From the NCBI GenBank assembly GCA_032718475.1, contig JAUCBJ010005498.1, positions 1 to 64,000 of the forward strand: a stretch of 64,000 nt of DNA. The letters run 5' to 3'. Source of the DNA: Nemertoderma westbladi. Taxonomy: Eukaryota > Animalia > Xenacoelomorpha. A model generated the notes under the pieces. That model had not been told where the DNA came from. It did not search any database and saw nothing but the letters and a program-made list of their open reading frames with translations. How positions within the stretch are numbered: the first letter of the stretch is position 1; the number at the start of each line of letters is the position of its first letter. This document shows positions 43,601 through 58,600 of the stretch, one piece after another. Position numbers and translations under genes: made by a program.

Positions 43601-46600
43601 CCGCTCATATATTGATGTATTATAGATCACCAACCTGTTATCTATCCAATCTACTCCGCTCATATATTGATGTATTATAGATCACCAACCTGTTATCTAT
43701 CCAATCTACTCCGATCTATATTGCTGTATTATAGATCACCAACCTGTTATCTATCCAATCTACTCCGCTCATATATTGATGTATTATAGATCACCAACCT
43801 GTTATCTATCCAATCTACTCCGATCTATATTGATGTATTATAGATCACCAACCTGTTATCTATCCAATCTACTCCGATCTATATTGATGTATTATAGATC
43901 ACCAACCTGTTATCTATCCAAACTACTCCGCTCATATATTGATGTATTATAGATCACCAACCTGTTATCTATCCAATCTACTCCGATCTATATTGATGTA
44001 TTATAGATCACCAACCTGTTATCTATCCAAACTACTCCGCTCATATATTGATGTATTATAGATCACCAACCTGTTATCTATCCAATCTACTCCGATCTAT
44101 ATTGATGTATTATAGATCACCAACCTGTTATCTATCCAATCTACTCCGATCTATATTGATGTATTATAGATCACCAACCTGTTATCTATCCAATCTACTC
44201 CGCTCTATATTGATGTATTATAGATCACCAACCTGTTATCTATCCAATCTACTCCGATCTATATTGATGTATTATAGATCACCAACCTGTTATCTATCCA
44301 ATCTACTCCGCTCATATATTGATGTATTATAGATCACCAACCTGTTATCTATCCAATCTACTCCGATCTATATTGATGTATTATAGATCACCAACCTGTT
44401 ATCTATCCAATCTACTCCGATCTATATTGATGTATTATAGATCACCAACCTGTTATCTATCCAATCTACTCCGCTCATATATTGATGTATTATAGATCAC
44501 CAACCTGTTATCTATCCAATCTACTCCGATCTATATTGATGTATTATAGATCACCAACCTGTTATCTATCCAATCTACTCCGCTCATATATTGATGTATT
44601 ATAGATCACCAACCTGTTATCTATCCAATCTACTCCGCTCATATATTGATGTATTATAGATCACCAACCTGTTATCTATCCAATCTACTCCGCTCATATA
44701 TTGATGTATTATAGATCACCAACCTGTTATCTATCCAATCTACTCCGATCTATATTGATGTATTATAGATCACCAACCTGTTATCTATCCAATCTACTCC
44801 GATCTATATTGATGTATTATAGATCACCAACCTGTTATCTATCCAATCTACTCCGCTCATATATTGATGTATTATAGATCACCAACCTGTTATCTATCCA
44901 ATCTACTCCGCTCTATATTGATGTATTATAGATCACCAACCTGTTATCTATCCAATCTACTCCGATCTATATTGATGTATTATAGATCACCAACCTGTTA
45001 TCTATCCAATCTACTCCGCTCATATATTGATGTATTATAGATCACCAACCTGTTATCTATCCAATCTACTCCGATCTATATTGATGTATTATAGATCACC
45101 AACCTGTTATCTATCCAATCTACTCCGCTCATATATTGATGTATTATAGATCACCAACCTGTTATCTATCCAATCTACTCCGCTCATATATTGATGTATT
45201 ATAGATCACCAACCTGTTATCTATCCAATCTACTCCGCTCATATATTGATGTATTATAGATCACCAACCTGTTATCTATCCAATCTACTCCGATCTATAT
45301 TGATGTATTATAGATCACCAACCTGTTATCTATCCAATCTACTCCGCTCATATATTGATGTATTATAGATCACCAACCTGTTATCTATCCAAACTACTCC
45401 GCTCATATATTGATGTATTATAGATCACCAACCTGTTATCTATCCAATCTACTCCGCTCTATATTGATGTATTATAGATCACCAACCTGTTATCTATCCA
45501 ATCTACTCCGATCTATATTGATGTATTATAGATCACCAACCTGTTATCTATCCAATCTACTCCGCTCATATATTGATGTATTATAGATCACCAACCTGTT
45601 ATCTATCCAATCTACTCCGCTCATATATTGATGTATTATAGATCACCAACCTGTTATCTATCCAATCTACTCCGCTCATATATTGATGTATTATAGATCA
45701 CCAACCTGTTATCTATCCAATCTACTCCGATCTATATTGATGTATTATAGATCACCAACCTGTTATCTATCCAATCTACTCCGCTCATATATTGATGTAT
45801 TATAGATCACCAACCTGTTATCTATCCAATCTACTCCGATCTATATTGATGTATTATAGATCACCAACCTGTTATCTATCCAATCTACTCCGATCTATAT
45901 TGATGTATTATAGATCACCAACCTGTTATCTATCCAAACTACTCCGCTCATATATTGATGTATTATAGATCACCAACCTGTTATCTATCCAAACTACTCC
46001 GCTCATATATTGATGTATTATAGATCACCAACCTGTTATCTATCCAATCTACTCCGATCTATATTGATGTATTATAGATCACCAACCTGTTATCTATCCA
46101 ATCTACTCCGATCTATATTGATGTATTATAGATCACCAACCTGTTATCTATCCAATCTACTCCGATCTATATTGATGTATTATAGATCACCAACCTGTTA
46201 TCTATCCAATCTACTCCGATCTATATTGCTGTATTATAGATCACCAACCTGTTATCTATCCAATCTACTCCGATCTATATTGATGTATTATAGATCACCA
46301 ACCTGTTATCTATCCAATCTACTCCGCTCATATATTGATGTATTATAGATCACCAACCTGTTATCTATCCAATCTACTCCGATCTATATTGATGTATTAT
46401 AGATCACCAACCTGTTATCTATCCAATCTACTCCGCTCATATATTGATGTATTATAGATCACCAACCTGTTATCTATCCAATCTACTCCGCTCATATATT
46501 GATGTATTATAGATCACCAACCTGTTATCTATCCAATCTACTCCGCTCATATATTGATGTATTATAGATCACCAACCTGTTATCTATCCAATCTACTCCG

Positions 46601-49600
46601 ATCTATATTGATGTATTATAGATCACCAACCTGTTATCTATCCAATCTACTCCGATCTATATTGATGTATTATAGATCACCAACCTGTTATCTATCCAAA
46701 CTACTCCGCTCATATATTGATGTATTATAGATCACCAACCTGTTATCTATCCAATCTACTCCGATCTATATTGATGTATTATAGATCACCAACCTGTTAT
46801 CTATCCAATCTACTCCGCTCATATATTGATGTATTATAGATCACCAACCTGTTATCTATCCAATCTACTCCGCTCATATATTGATGTATTATAGATCACC
46901 AACCTGTTATCTATCCAATCTACTCCGCTCATATATTGATGTATTATAGATCACCAACCTGTTATCTATCCAATCTACTCCGCTCATATATTGATGTATT
47001 ATAGATCACCAACCTGTTATCTATCCAAACTACTCCGCTCATATATTGATGTATTATAGATCACCAACCTGTTATCTATCCAAACTACTCCGCTCATATA
47101 TTGATGTATTATAGATCACCAACCTGTTATCTATCCAATCTACTCCGCTCTATATTGCTGTATTATAGATCACCAACCTGTTATCTATCCAATCTACTCC
47201 GATCTATATTGCTGTATTATAGATCACCAACCTGTTATCTATCCAAACTACTCCGCTCATATATTGATGTATTATAGATCACCAACCTGTTATCTATCCA
47301 ATCTACTCCGCTCATATATTGATGTATTATAGATCACCAACCTGTTATCTATCCGAATCTACTCCGCTCATATATTGATGTATTATAGATCACCAACCTG
47401 TTATCTATCCAAACTACTCCGCTCATATATTGATGTATTATAGATCACCAACCTGTTATCTATCCAAACTACTCCGCTCATATATTGCTGTATTATAGAT
47501 CACCAACCTGTTATCTATCCAAACTACTCCGCTCATATATTGATGTATTATAGATCACCAACCTGTTATCTATCCAATCTACTCCGCTCATATATTGATG
47601 TATTATAGATCACCAACCTGTTATCTATCCAATCTACTCCGATCTATATTGCTGTATTATAGATCACCAACCTGTTATCTATCCAATCTACTCCGCTCAT
47701 ATATTGATGTATTATAGATCACCAACCTGTTATCTATCCAATCTACTCCGCTCATATATTGATGTATTATAGATCACCAACCTGTTATCTATCCAATCTA
47801 CTCCGCTCATATATTGATGTATTATAGATCACCAACCTGTTATCTATCCAAACTACTCCGCTCATATATTGATGTATTATAGATCACCAACCTGTTATCT
47901 ATCCAAACTACTCCGCTCATATATTGATGTATTATAGATCACCAACCTGTTATCTATCCAATCTACTCCGCTCATATATTGATGTATTATAGATCACCAA
48001 CCTGTTATCTATCCAATCTACTCCGATCTATATTGCTGTATTATAGATCACCAACCTGTTATCTATCCAATCTACTCCGCTCATATATTGATGTATTATA
48101 GATCACCAACCTGTTATCTATCCAATCTACTCCGATCTATATTGCTGTATTATAGATCACCAACCTGTTATCTATCCAATCTACTCCGCTCATATATTGA
48201 TGTATTATAGATCACCAACCTGTTATCTATCCAATCTACTCCGCTCATATATTGATGTATTATAGATCACCAACCTGTTATCTATCCAATCTACTCCGCT
48301 CATATATTGATGTATTATAGATCACCAACCTGTTATCTATCCAATCTACTCCGCTCATATATTGATGTATTATAGATCACCAACCTGTTATCTATCCAAT
48401 CTACTCCGATCTATATTGCTGTATTATAGATCACCAACCTGTTATCTATCCAATCTACTCCGCTCATATATTGATGTATTATAGATCACCAACCTGTTAT
48501 CTATCCAATCTACTCCGCTCATATATTGATGTATTATAGATCACCAACCTGTTATCTATCCAATCTACTCCGCTCATATATTGATGTATTATAGATCACC
48601 AACCTGTTATCTATCCAATCTACTCCGCTCATATATTGATGTATTATAGATCACCAACCTGTTATCTATCCAATCTACTCCGATCTATATTGCTGTATTA
48701 TAGATCACCAACCTGTTATCTATCCAATCTACTCCGCTCATATATTGATGTATTATAGATCACCAACCTGTTATCTATCCAATCTACTCCGCTCATATAT
48801 TGATGTATTATAGATCACCAACCTGTTATCTATCCAATCTACTCCGATCTATATTGCTGTATTATAGATCACCAACCTGTTATCTATCCAATCTACTCCG
48901 CTCATATATTGATGTATTATAGATCACCAACCTGTTATCTATCCAATCTACTCCGCTCATATATTGATGTATTATAGATCACCAACCTGTTATCTATCCA
49001 ATCTACTCCGCTCATATATTGATGTATTATAGATCACCAACCTGTTATCTATCCAATCTACTCCGCTCATATATTGATGTATTATAGATCACCAACCTGT
49101 TATCTATCCAATCTACTCCGCTCATATATTGATGTATTATAGATCACCAACCTGTTATCTATCCAATCTACTCCGATCTATATTGCTGTATTATAGATCA
49201 CCAACCTGTTATCTATCCAATCTACTCCGCTCATATATTGATGTATTATAGATCACCAACCTGTTATCTATCCAATCTACTCCGCTCATATATTGATGTA
49301 TTATAGATCACCAACCTGTTATCTATCCAATCTACTCCGCTCATATATTGATGTATTATAGATCACCAACCTGTTATCTATCCAATCTACTCCGCTCATA
49401 TATTGATGTATTATAGATCACCAACCTGTTATCTATCCAATCTACTCCGCTCATATATTGATGTATTATAGATCACCAACCTGTTATCTATCCAATCTAC
49501 TCCGCTCATATATTGATGTATTATAGATCACCAACCTGTTATCTATCCAATCTACTCCGCTCATATATTGATGTATTATAGATCACCAACCTGTTATCTA

Positions 49601-52600
49601 TCCAATCTACTCCGCTCATATATTGATGTATTATAGATCACCAACCTGTTATCTATCCAATCTACTCCGCTCATATATTGATGTATTATAGATCACCAAC
49701 CTGTTATCTATCCAATCTACTCCGATCTATATTGATGTATTATAGATCACCAACCTGTTATCTATCCAATCTACTCCGCTCATATATTGATGTATTATAG
49801 ATCACCAACCTGTTATCTATCCAATCTACTCCGCTCATATATTGATGTATTATAGATCACCAACCTGTTATCTATCCAATCTACTCCGCTCATATATTGA
49901 TGTATTATAGATCACCAACCTGTTATCTATCCAATCTACTCCGCTCATATATTGATGTATTATAGATCACCAACCTGTTATCTATCCAATCTACTCCGCT
50001 CATATATTGATGTATTATAGATCACCAACCTGTTATCTATCCAATCTACTCCGCTCATATATTGATGTATTATAGATCACCAACCTGTTATCTATCCAAT
50101 CTACTCCGATCTATATTGCTGTATTATAGATCACCAACCTGTTATCTATCCAATCTACTCCGCTCATATATTGATGTATTATAGATCACCAACCTGTTAT
50201 CTATCCAATCTACTCCGCTCATATATTGATGTATTATAGATCACCAACCTGTTATCTATCCAATCTACTCCGCTCATATATTGATGTATTATAGATCACC
50301 AACCTGTTATCTATCCAATCTACTCCGCTCATATATTGATGTATTATAGATCACCAACCTGTTATCTATCCAAACTACTCCGCTCATATATTGATGTATT
50401 ATAGATCACCAACCTGTTATCTATCCAATCTACTCCGCTCATATATTGATGTATTATAGATCACCAACCTGTTATCTATCCAAACTACTCCGCTCATATA
50501 TTGATGTATTATAGATCACCAACCTGTTATCTATCCAATCTACTCCGCTCATATATTGATGTATTATAGATCACCAACCTGTTATCTATCCAAACTACTC
50601 CGCTCATATATTGATGTATTATAGATCACCAACCTGTTATCTATCCAATCTACTCCGCTCATATATTGATGTATTATAGATCACCAACCTGTTATCTATC
50701 CAATCTACTCCGCTCATATATTGATGTATTATAGATCACCAACCTGTTATCTATCCAATCTACTCCGCTCATATATTGATGTATTATAGATCACCAACCT
50801 GTTATCTATCCAATCTACTCCGCTCATATATTGATGTATTATAGATCACCAACCTGTTATCTATCCAATCTACTCCGCTCATATATTGATGTATTATAGA
50901 TCACCAACCTGTTATCTATCCAATCTACTCCGCTCATATATTGATGTATTATAGATCACCAACCTGTTATCTATCCAAACTACTCCGCTCATATATTGAT
51001 GTATTATAGATCACCAACCTGTTATCTATCCAATCTACTCCGCTCATATATTGATGTATTATAGATCACCAACCTGTTATCTATCCAATCTACTCCGCTC
51101 ATATATTGATGTATTATAGATCACCAACCTGTTATCTATCCAATCTACTCCGCTCATATATTGATGTATTATAGATCACCAACCTGTTATCTATCCAATC
51201 TACTCCGCTCATATATTGATGTATTATAGATCACCAACCTGTTATCTATCACGAATCTACTCCGCTCATATATTGATGTATTATAGATCACCAACCTGTT
51301 ATCTATCCAATCTACTCCGCTCATATATTGATGTATTATAGATCACCAACCTGTTATCTATCCAATCTACTCCGCTCATATATTGATGTATTATAGATCA
51401 CCAACCTGTTATCTACACGAATCTACTCCGATCTATATTGCTGTATTATAGATCACCAACCTGTTATCTATCCAATCTACTCCGCTCATATATTGATGTA
51501 TTATAGATCACCAACCTGTTATCTATCCAAACTACTCCGCTCATATATTGATGTATTATAGATCACCAACCTGTTATCTATCCAATCTACTCCGCTCATA
51601 TATTGATGTATTATAGATCACCAACCTGTTATCTATCCAATCTACTCCGCTCATATATTGATGTATTATAGATCACCAACCTGTTATCTATCCAATCTAC
51701 TCCGCTCATATATTGATGTATTATAGATCACCAACCTGTTATCTATCCAATCTACTCCGCTCATATATTGATGTATTATAGATCACCAACCTGTTATCTA
51801 CACGAATCTACTCCGATCTATATTGCTGTATTATAGATCACCAACCTGTTATCTATCCAATCTACTCCGCTCATATATTGATGTATTATAGATCACCAAC
51901 CTGTTATCTATCCAAACTACTCCGCTCATATATTGATGTATTATAGATCACCAACCTGTTATCTATCCAATCTACTCCGCTCATATATTGATGTATTATA
52001 GATCACCAACCTGTTATCTACCGAATCTACTCCGCTCATATATTGATGTATTATAGATCACCAACCTGTTATCTATCCAATCTACTCCGCTCATATATTG
52101 ATGTATTATAGATCACCAACCTGTTATCTATCCAATCTACTCCGCTCATATATTGATGTATTATAGATCACCAACCTGTTATCTACACGAATCTACTCCG
52201 CTCATATATTGATGTATTATAGATCACCAACCTGTTATCTATCCAATCTACTCCGCTCATATATTGATGTATTATAGATCACCAACCTGTTATCTATCCA
52301 ATCTACTCCGCTCATATATTGATGTATTATAGATCACCAACCTGTTATCTACACGAATCTACTCCGATCTATATTGCTGTATTATAGATCACCAACCTGT
52401 TATCTATCCAATCTACTCCGCTCATATATTGATGTATTATAGATCACCAACCTGTTATCTATCCAAACTACTCCGCTCATATATTGATGTATTATAGATC
52501 ACCAACCTGTTATCTATCCAATCTACTCCGCTCATATATTGATGTATTATAGATCACCAACCTGTTATCTATCCAATCTACTCCGCTCATATATTGATGT

Positions 52601-55600
52601 ATTATAGATCACCAACCTGTTATCTATCCAATCTACTCCGCTCATATATTGATGTATTATAGATCACCAACCTGTTATCTATCCAATCTACTCCGCTCAT
52701 ATATTGATGTATTATAGATCACCAACCTGTTATCTACACGAATCTACTCCGATCTATATTGCTGTATTATAGATCACCAACCTGTTATCTATCCAATCTA
52801 CTCCGCTCATATATTGATGTATTATAGATCACCAACCTGTTATCTATCCAAACTACTCCGCTCATATATTGATGTATTATAGATCACCAACCTGTTATCT
52901 ATCCAATCTACTCCGCTCATATATTGATGTATTATAGATCACCAACCTGTTATCTATCCGAATCTACTCCGCTCATATATTGATGTATTATAGATCACCA
53001 ACCTGTTATCTATCCAATCTACTCCGCTCATATATTGATGTATTATAGATCACCAACCTGTTATCTATCCAATCTACTCCGCTCATATATTGATGTATTA
53101 TAGATCACCAACCTGTTATCTACACGAATCTACTCCGATCTATATTGCTGTATTATAGATCACCAACCTGTTATCTATCCAATCTACTCCGCTCATATAT
53201 TGATGTATTATAGATCACCAACCTGTTATCTATCCAAACTACTCCGCTCATATATTGATGTATTATAGATCACCAACCTGTTATCTACACGAATCTACTC
53301 CGATCTATATTGCTGTATTATAGATCACCAACCTGTTATCTATCCAATCTACTCCGCTCATATATTGATGTATTATAGATCACCAACCTGTTATCTATCC
53401 AAACTACTCCGCTCATATATTGATGTATTATAGATCACCAACCTGTTATCTATCCAATCTACTCCGCTCATATATTGATGTATTATAGATCACCAACCTG
53501 TTATCTATCCAATCTACTCCGCTCATATATTGATGTATTATAGATCACCAACCTGTTATCTATCCAATCTACTCCGCTCATATATTGATGTATTATAGAT
53601 CACCAACCTGTTATCTATCCAATCTACTCCGCTCATATATTGCTGTATTATAGATCACCAACCTGTTATCTATCCAATCTACTCCGCTCATATATTGATG
53701 TATTATAGATCACCAACCTGTTATCTATCCAATCTACTCCGATCTATATTGATGTATTATAGATCACCAACCTGTTATCTATCCAATCTACTCCGCTCAT
53801 ATATTGATGTATTATAGATCACCAACCTGTTATCTATCCAATCTACTCCGATCTATATTGATGTATTATAGATCACCAACCTGTTATCTATCCAATCTAC
53901 TCCGCTCATATATTGATGTATTATAGATCACCAACCTGTTATCTATCCAATCTACTCCGCTCATATATTGATGTATTATAGATCACCAACCTGTTATCTA
54001 CACGAATCTACTCCGCTCATATATTGATGTATTATAGATCACCAACCTGTTATCTATCCAATCTACTCCGCTCATATATTGATGTATTATAGATCACCAA
54101 CCTGTTATCTATCCAATCTACTCCGCTCATATATTGATGTATTATAGATCACCAACCTGTTATCTATCCAATCTACTCCGCTCATATATTGATGTATTAT
54201 AGATCACCAACCTGTTATCTATCCAATCTACTCCGCTCATATATTGATGTATTATAGATCACCAACCTGTTATCTATCCAATCTACTCCGCTCATATATT
54301 GATGTATTATAGATCACCAACCTGTTATCTATCCAATCTACTCCGCTCATATATTGATGTATTATAGATCACCAACCTGTTATCTATCCAATCTACTCCG
54401 CTCATATATTGATGTATTATAGATCACCAACCTGTTATCTATCCAATCTACTCCGCTCATATATTGATGTATTATAGATCACCAACCTGTTATCTATCCA
54501 ATCTACTCCGCTCATATATTGATGTATTATAGATCACCAACCTGTTATCTACACGAATCTACTCCGCTCATATATTGATGTATTATAGATCACCAACCTG
54601 TTATCTACACGAATCTACTCCGCTCATATATTGATGTATTATAGATCACCAACCTGTTATCTATCCAATCTACTCCGCTCATATATTGATGTATTATAGA
54701 TCACCAACCTGTTATCTATCCAATCTACTCCGATCTATATTGATGTATTATAGATCACCAACCTGTTATCTATCCAAACTACTCCGCTCATATATTGATG
54801 TATTATAGATCACCAACCTGTTATCTATCCAATCTACTCCGATCTATATTGATGTATTATAGATCACCAACCTGTTATCTATCCAAACTACTCCGATCTA
54901 TATTGATGTATTATAGATCACCAACCTGTTATCTATCCAATCTACTCCGCTCATATATTGATGTATTATAGATCACCAACCTGTTATCTACACGAATCTA
55001 CTCCGCTCATATATTGATGTATTATAGATCACCAACCTGTTATCTACACGAATCTACTCCGCTCATATATTGATGTATTATAGATCACCAACCTGTTATC
55101 TATCCAATCTACTCCGCTCATATATTGATGTATTATAGATCACCAACCTGTTATCTATCCAATCTACTCCGCTCATATATTGATGTATTATAGATCACCA
55201 ACCTGTTATCTATCCAATCTACTCCGCTCATATATTGATGTATTATAGATCACCAACCTGTTATCTATCCAATCTACTCCGCTCATATATTGATGTATTA
55301 TAGATCACCAACCTGTTATCTATCCAAACTACTCCGCTCATATATTGATGTATTATAGATCACCAACCTGTTATCTATCCAATCTACTCCGATCTATATT
55401 GATGTATTATAGATCACCAACCTGTTATCTATCCAATCTACTCCGCTCATATATTGATGTATTATAGATCACCAACCTGTTATCTATCCAATCTACTCCG
55501 ATCTATATTGATGTATTATAGATCACCAACCTGTTATCTATCCAATCTACTCCGATCTATATTGATGTATTATAGATCACCAACCTGTTATCTATCCAAA

Positions 55601-58600
55601 CTACTCCGATCTATATTGATGTATTATAGATCACCAACCTGTTATCTATCCAATCTACTCCGCTCATATATTGATGTATTATAGATCACCAACCTGTTAT
55701 CTATCCAATCTACTCCGATCTATATTGATGTATTATAGATCACCAACCTGTTATCTATCCAATCTACTCCGATCTATATTGATGTATTATAGATCACCAA
55801 CCTGTTATCTATCCAAACTACTCCGATCTATATTGATGTATTATAGATCACCAACCTGTTATCTATCCAATCTACTCCGCTCATATATTGATGTATTATA
55901 GATCACCAACCTGTTATCTACACGAATCTACTCCGCTCATATATTGATGTATTATAGATCACCAACCTGTTATCTACACGAATCTACTCCGCTCATATAT
56001 TGATGTATTATAGATCACCAACCTGTTATCTATCCAATCTACTCCGCTCATATATTGATGTATTATAGATCACCAACCTGTTATCTATCCAATCTACTCC
56101 GATCTATATTGATGTATTATAGATCACCAACCTGTTATCTATCCAAACTACTCCGCTCATATATTGATGTATTATAGATCACCAACCTGTTATCTATCCA
56201 ATCTACTCCGATCTATATTGATGTATTATAGATCACCAACCTGTTATCTATCCAAACTACTCCGATCTATATTGATGTATTATAGATCACCAACCTGTTA
56301 TCTATCCAATCTACTCCGCTCATATATTGATGTATTATAGATCACCAACCTGTTATCTACACGAATCTACTCCGCTCATATATTGATGTATTATAGATCA
56401 CCAACCTGTTATCTACACGAATCTACTCCGCTCATATATTGATGTATTATAGATCACCAACCTGTTATCTATCCAATCTACTCCGCTCATATATTGATGT
56501 ATTATAGATCACCAACCTGTTATCTATCCAATCTACTCCGCTCATATATTGATGTATTATAGATCACCAACCTGTTATCTATCCAATCTACTCCGCTCAT
56601 ATATTGATGTATTATAGATCACCAACCTGTTATCTATCCAATCTACTCCGCTCATATATTGATGTATTATAGATCACCAACCTGTTATCTATCCAAACTA
56701 CTCCGCTCATATATTGATGTATTATAGATCACCAACCTGTTATCTATCCAATCTACTCCGCTCATATATTGATGTATTATAGATCACCAACCTGTTATCT
56801 ATCCAATCTACTCCGCTCATATATTGATGTATTATAGATCACCAACCTGTTATCTATCCAATCTACTCCGCTCATATATTGATGTATTATAGATCACCAA
56901 CCTGTTATCTACACGAATCTACTCCGCTCATATATTGATGTATTATAGATCACCAACCTGTTATCTACACGAATCTACTCCGCTCATATATTGATGTATT
57001 ATAGATCACCAACCTGTTATCTATCCAATCTACTCCGCTCATATATTGATGTATTATAGATCACCAACCTGTTATCTATCCAATCTACTCCGATCTATAT
57101 TGATGTATTATAGATCACCAACCTGTTATCTATCCAAACTACTCCGCTCATATATTGATGTATTATAGATCACCAACCTGTTATCTATCCAATCTACTCC
57201 GATCTATATTGATGTATTATAGATCACCAACCTGTTATCTATCCAAACTACTCCGATCTATATTGATGTATTATAGATCACCAACCTGTTATCTATCCAA
57301 TCTACTCCGCTCATATATTGATGTATTATAGATCACCAACCTGTTATCTACACGAATCTACTCCGCTCATATATTGATGTATTATAGATCACCAACCTGT
57401 TATCTACACGAATCTACTCCGCTCATATATTGATGTATTATAGATCACCAACCTGTTATCTATCCAATCTACTCCGCTCATATATTGATGTATTATAGAT
57501 CACCAACCTGTTATCTATCCAATCTACTCCGATCTATATTGATGTATTATAGATCACCAACCTGTTATCTATCCAAACTACTCCGCTCATATATTGATGT
57601 ATTATAGATCACCAACCTGTTATCTATCCAATCTACTCCGATCTATATTGATGTATTATAGATCACCAACCTGTTATCTATCCAAACTACTCCGCTCATA
57701 TATTGATGTATTATAGATCACCAACCTGTTATCTATCCAATCTACTCCGCTCATATATTGCTGTATTATAGATCACCAACCTGTTATCTATCCAATCTAC
57801 TCCGCTCATATATTGATGTATTATAGATCACCAACCTGTTATCTACACGAATCTACTCCGCTCATATATTGATGTATTATAGATCACCAACCTGTTATCT
57901 ATCCAATCTACTCCGCTCATATATTGATGTATTATAGATCACCAACCTGTTATCTATCCAATCTACTCCGCTCATATATTGATGTATTATAGATCACCAA
58001 CCTGTTATCTATCCAATCTACTCCGCTCATATATTGATGTATTATAGATCACCAACCTGTTATCTATCCAATCTACTCCGCTCATATATTGATGTATTAT
58101 AGATCACCAACCTGTTATCTATCCAATCTACTCCGCTCATATATTGATGTATTATAGATCACCAACCTGTTATCTATCCAATCTACTCCGCTCATATATT
58201 GATGTATTATAGATCACCAACCTGTTATCTATCCAATCTACTCCGCTCATATATTGATGTATTATAGATCACCAACCTGTTATCTACACGAATCTACTCC
58301 GCTCATATATTGATGTATTATAGATCACCAACCTGTTATCTATCCAATCTACTCCGCTCATATATTGATGTATTATAGATCACCAACCTGTTATCTATCC
58401 AATCTACTCCGCTCATATATTGATGTATTATAGATCACCAACCTGTTATCTATCCAATCTACTCCGATCTATATTGCTGTATTATAGATCACCAACCTGT
58501 TATCTATCCAATCTACTCCGATCTATATTGATGTATTATAGATCACCAACCTGTTATCTACACGAATCTACTCCGATCTATATTGATGTATTATAGATCA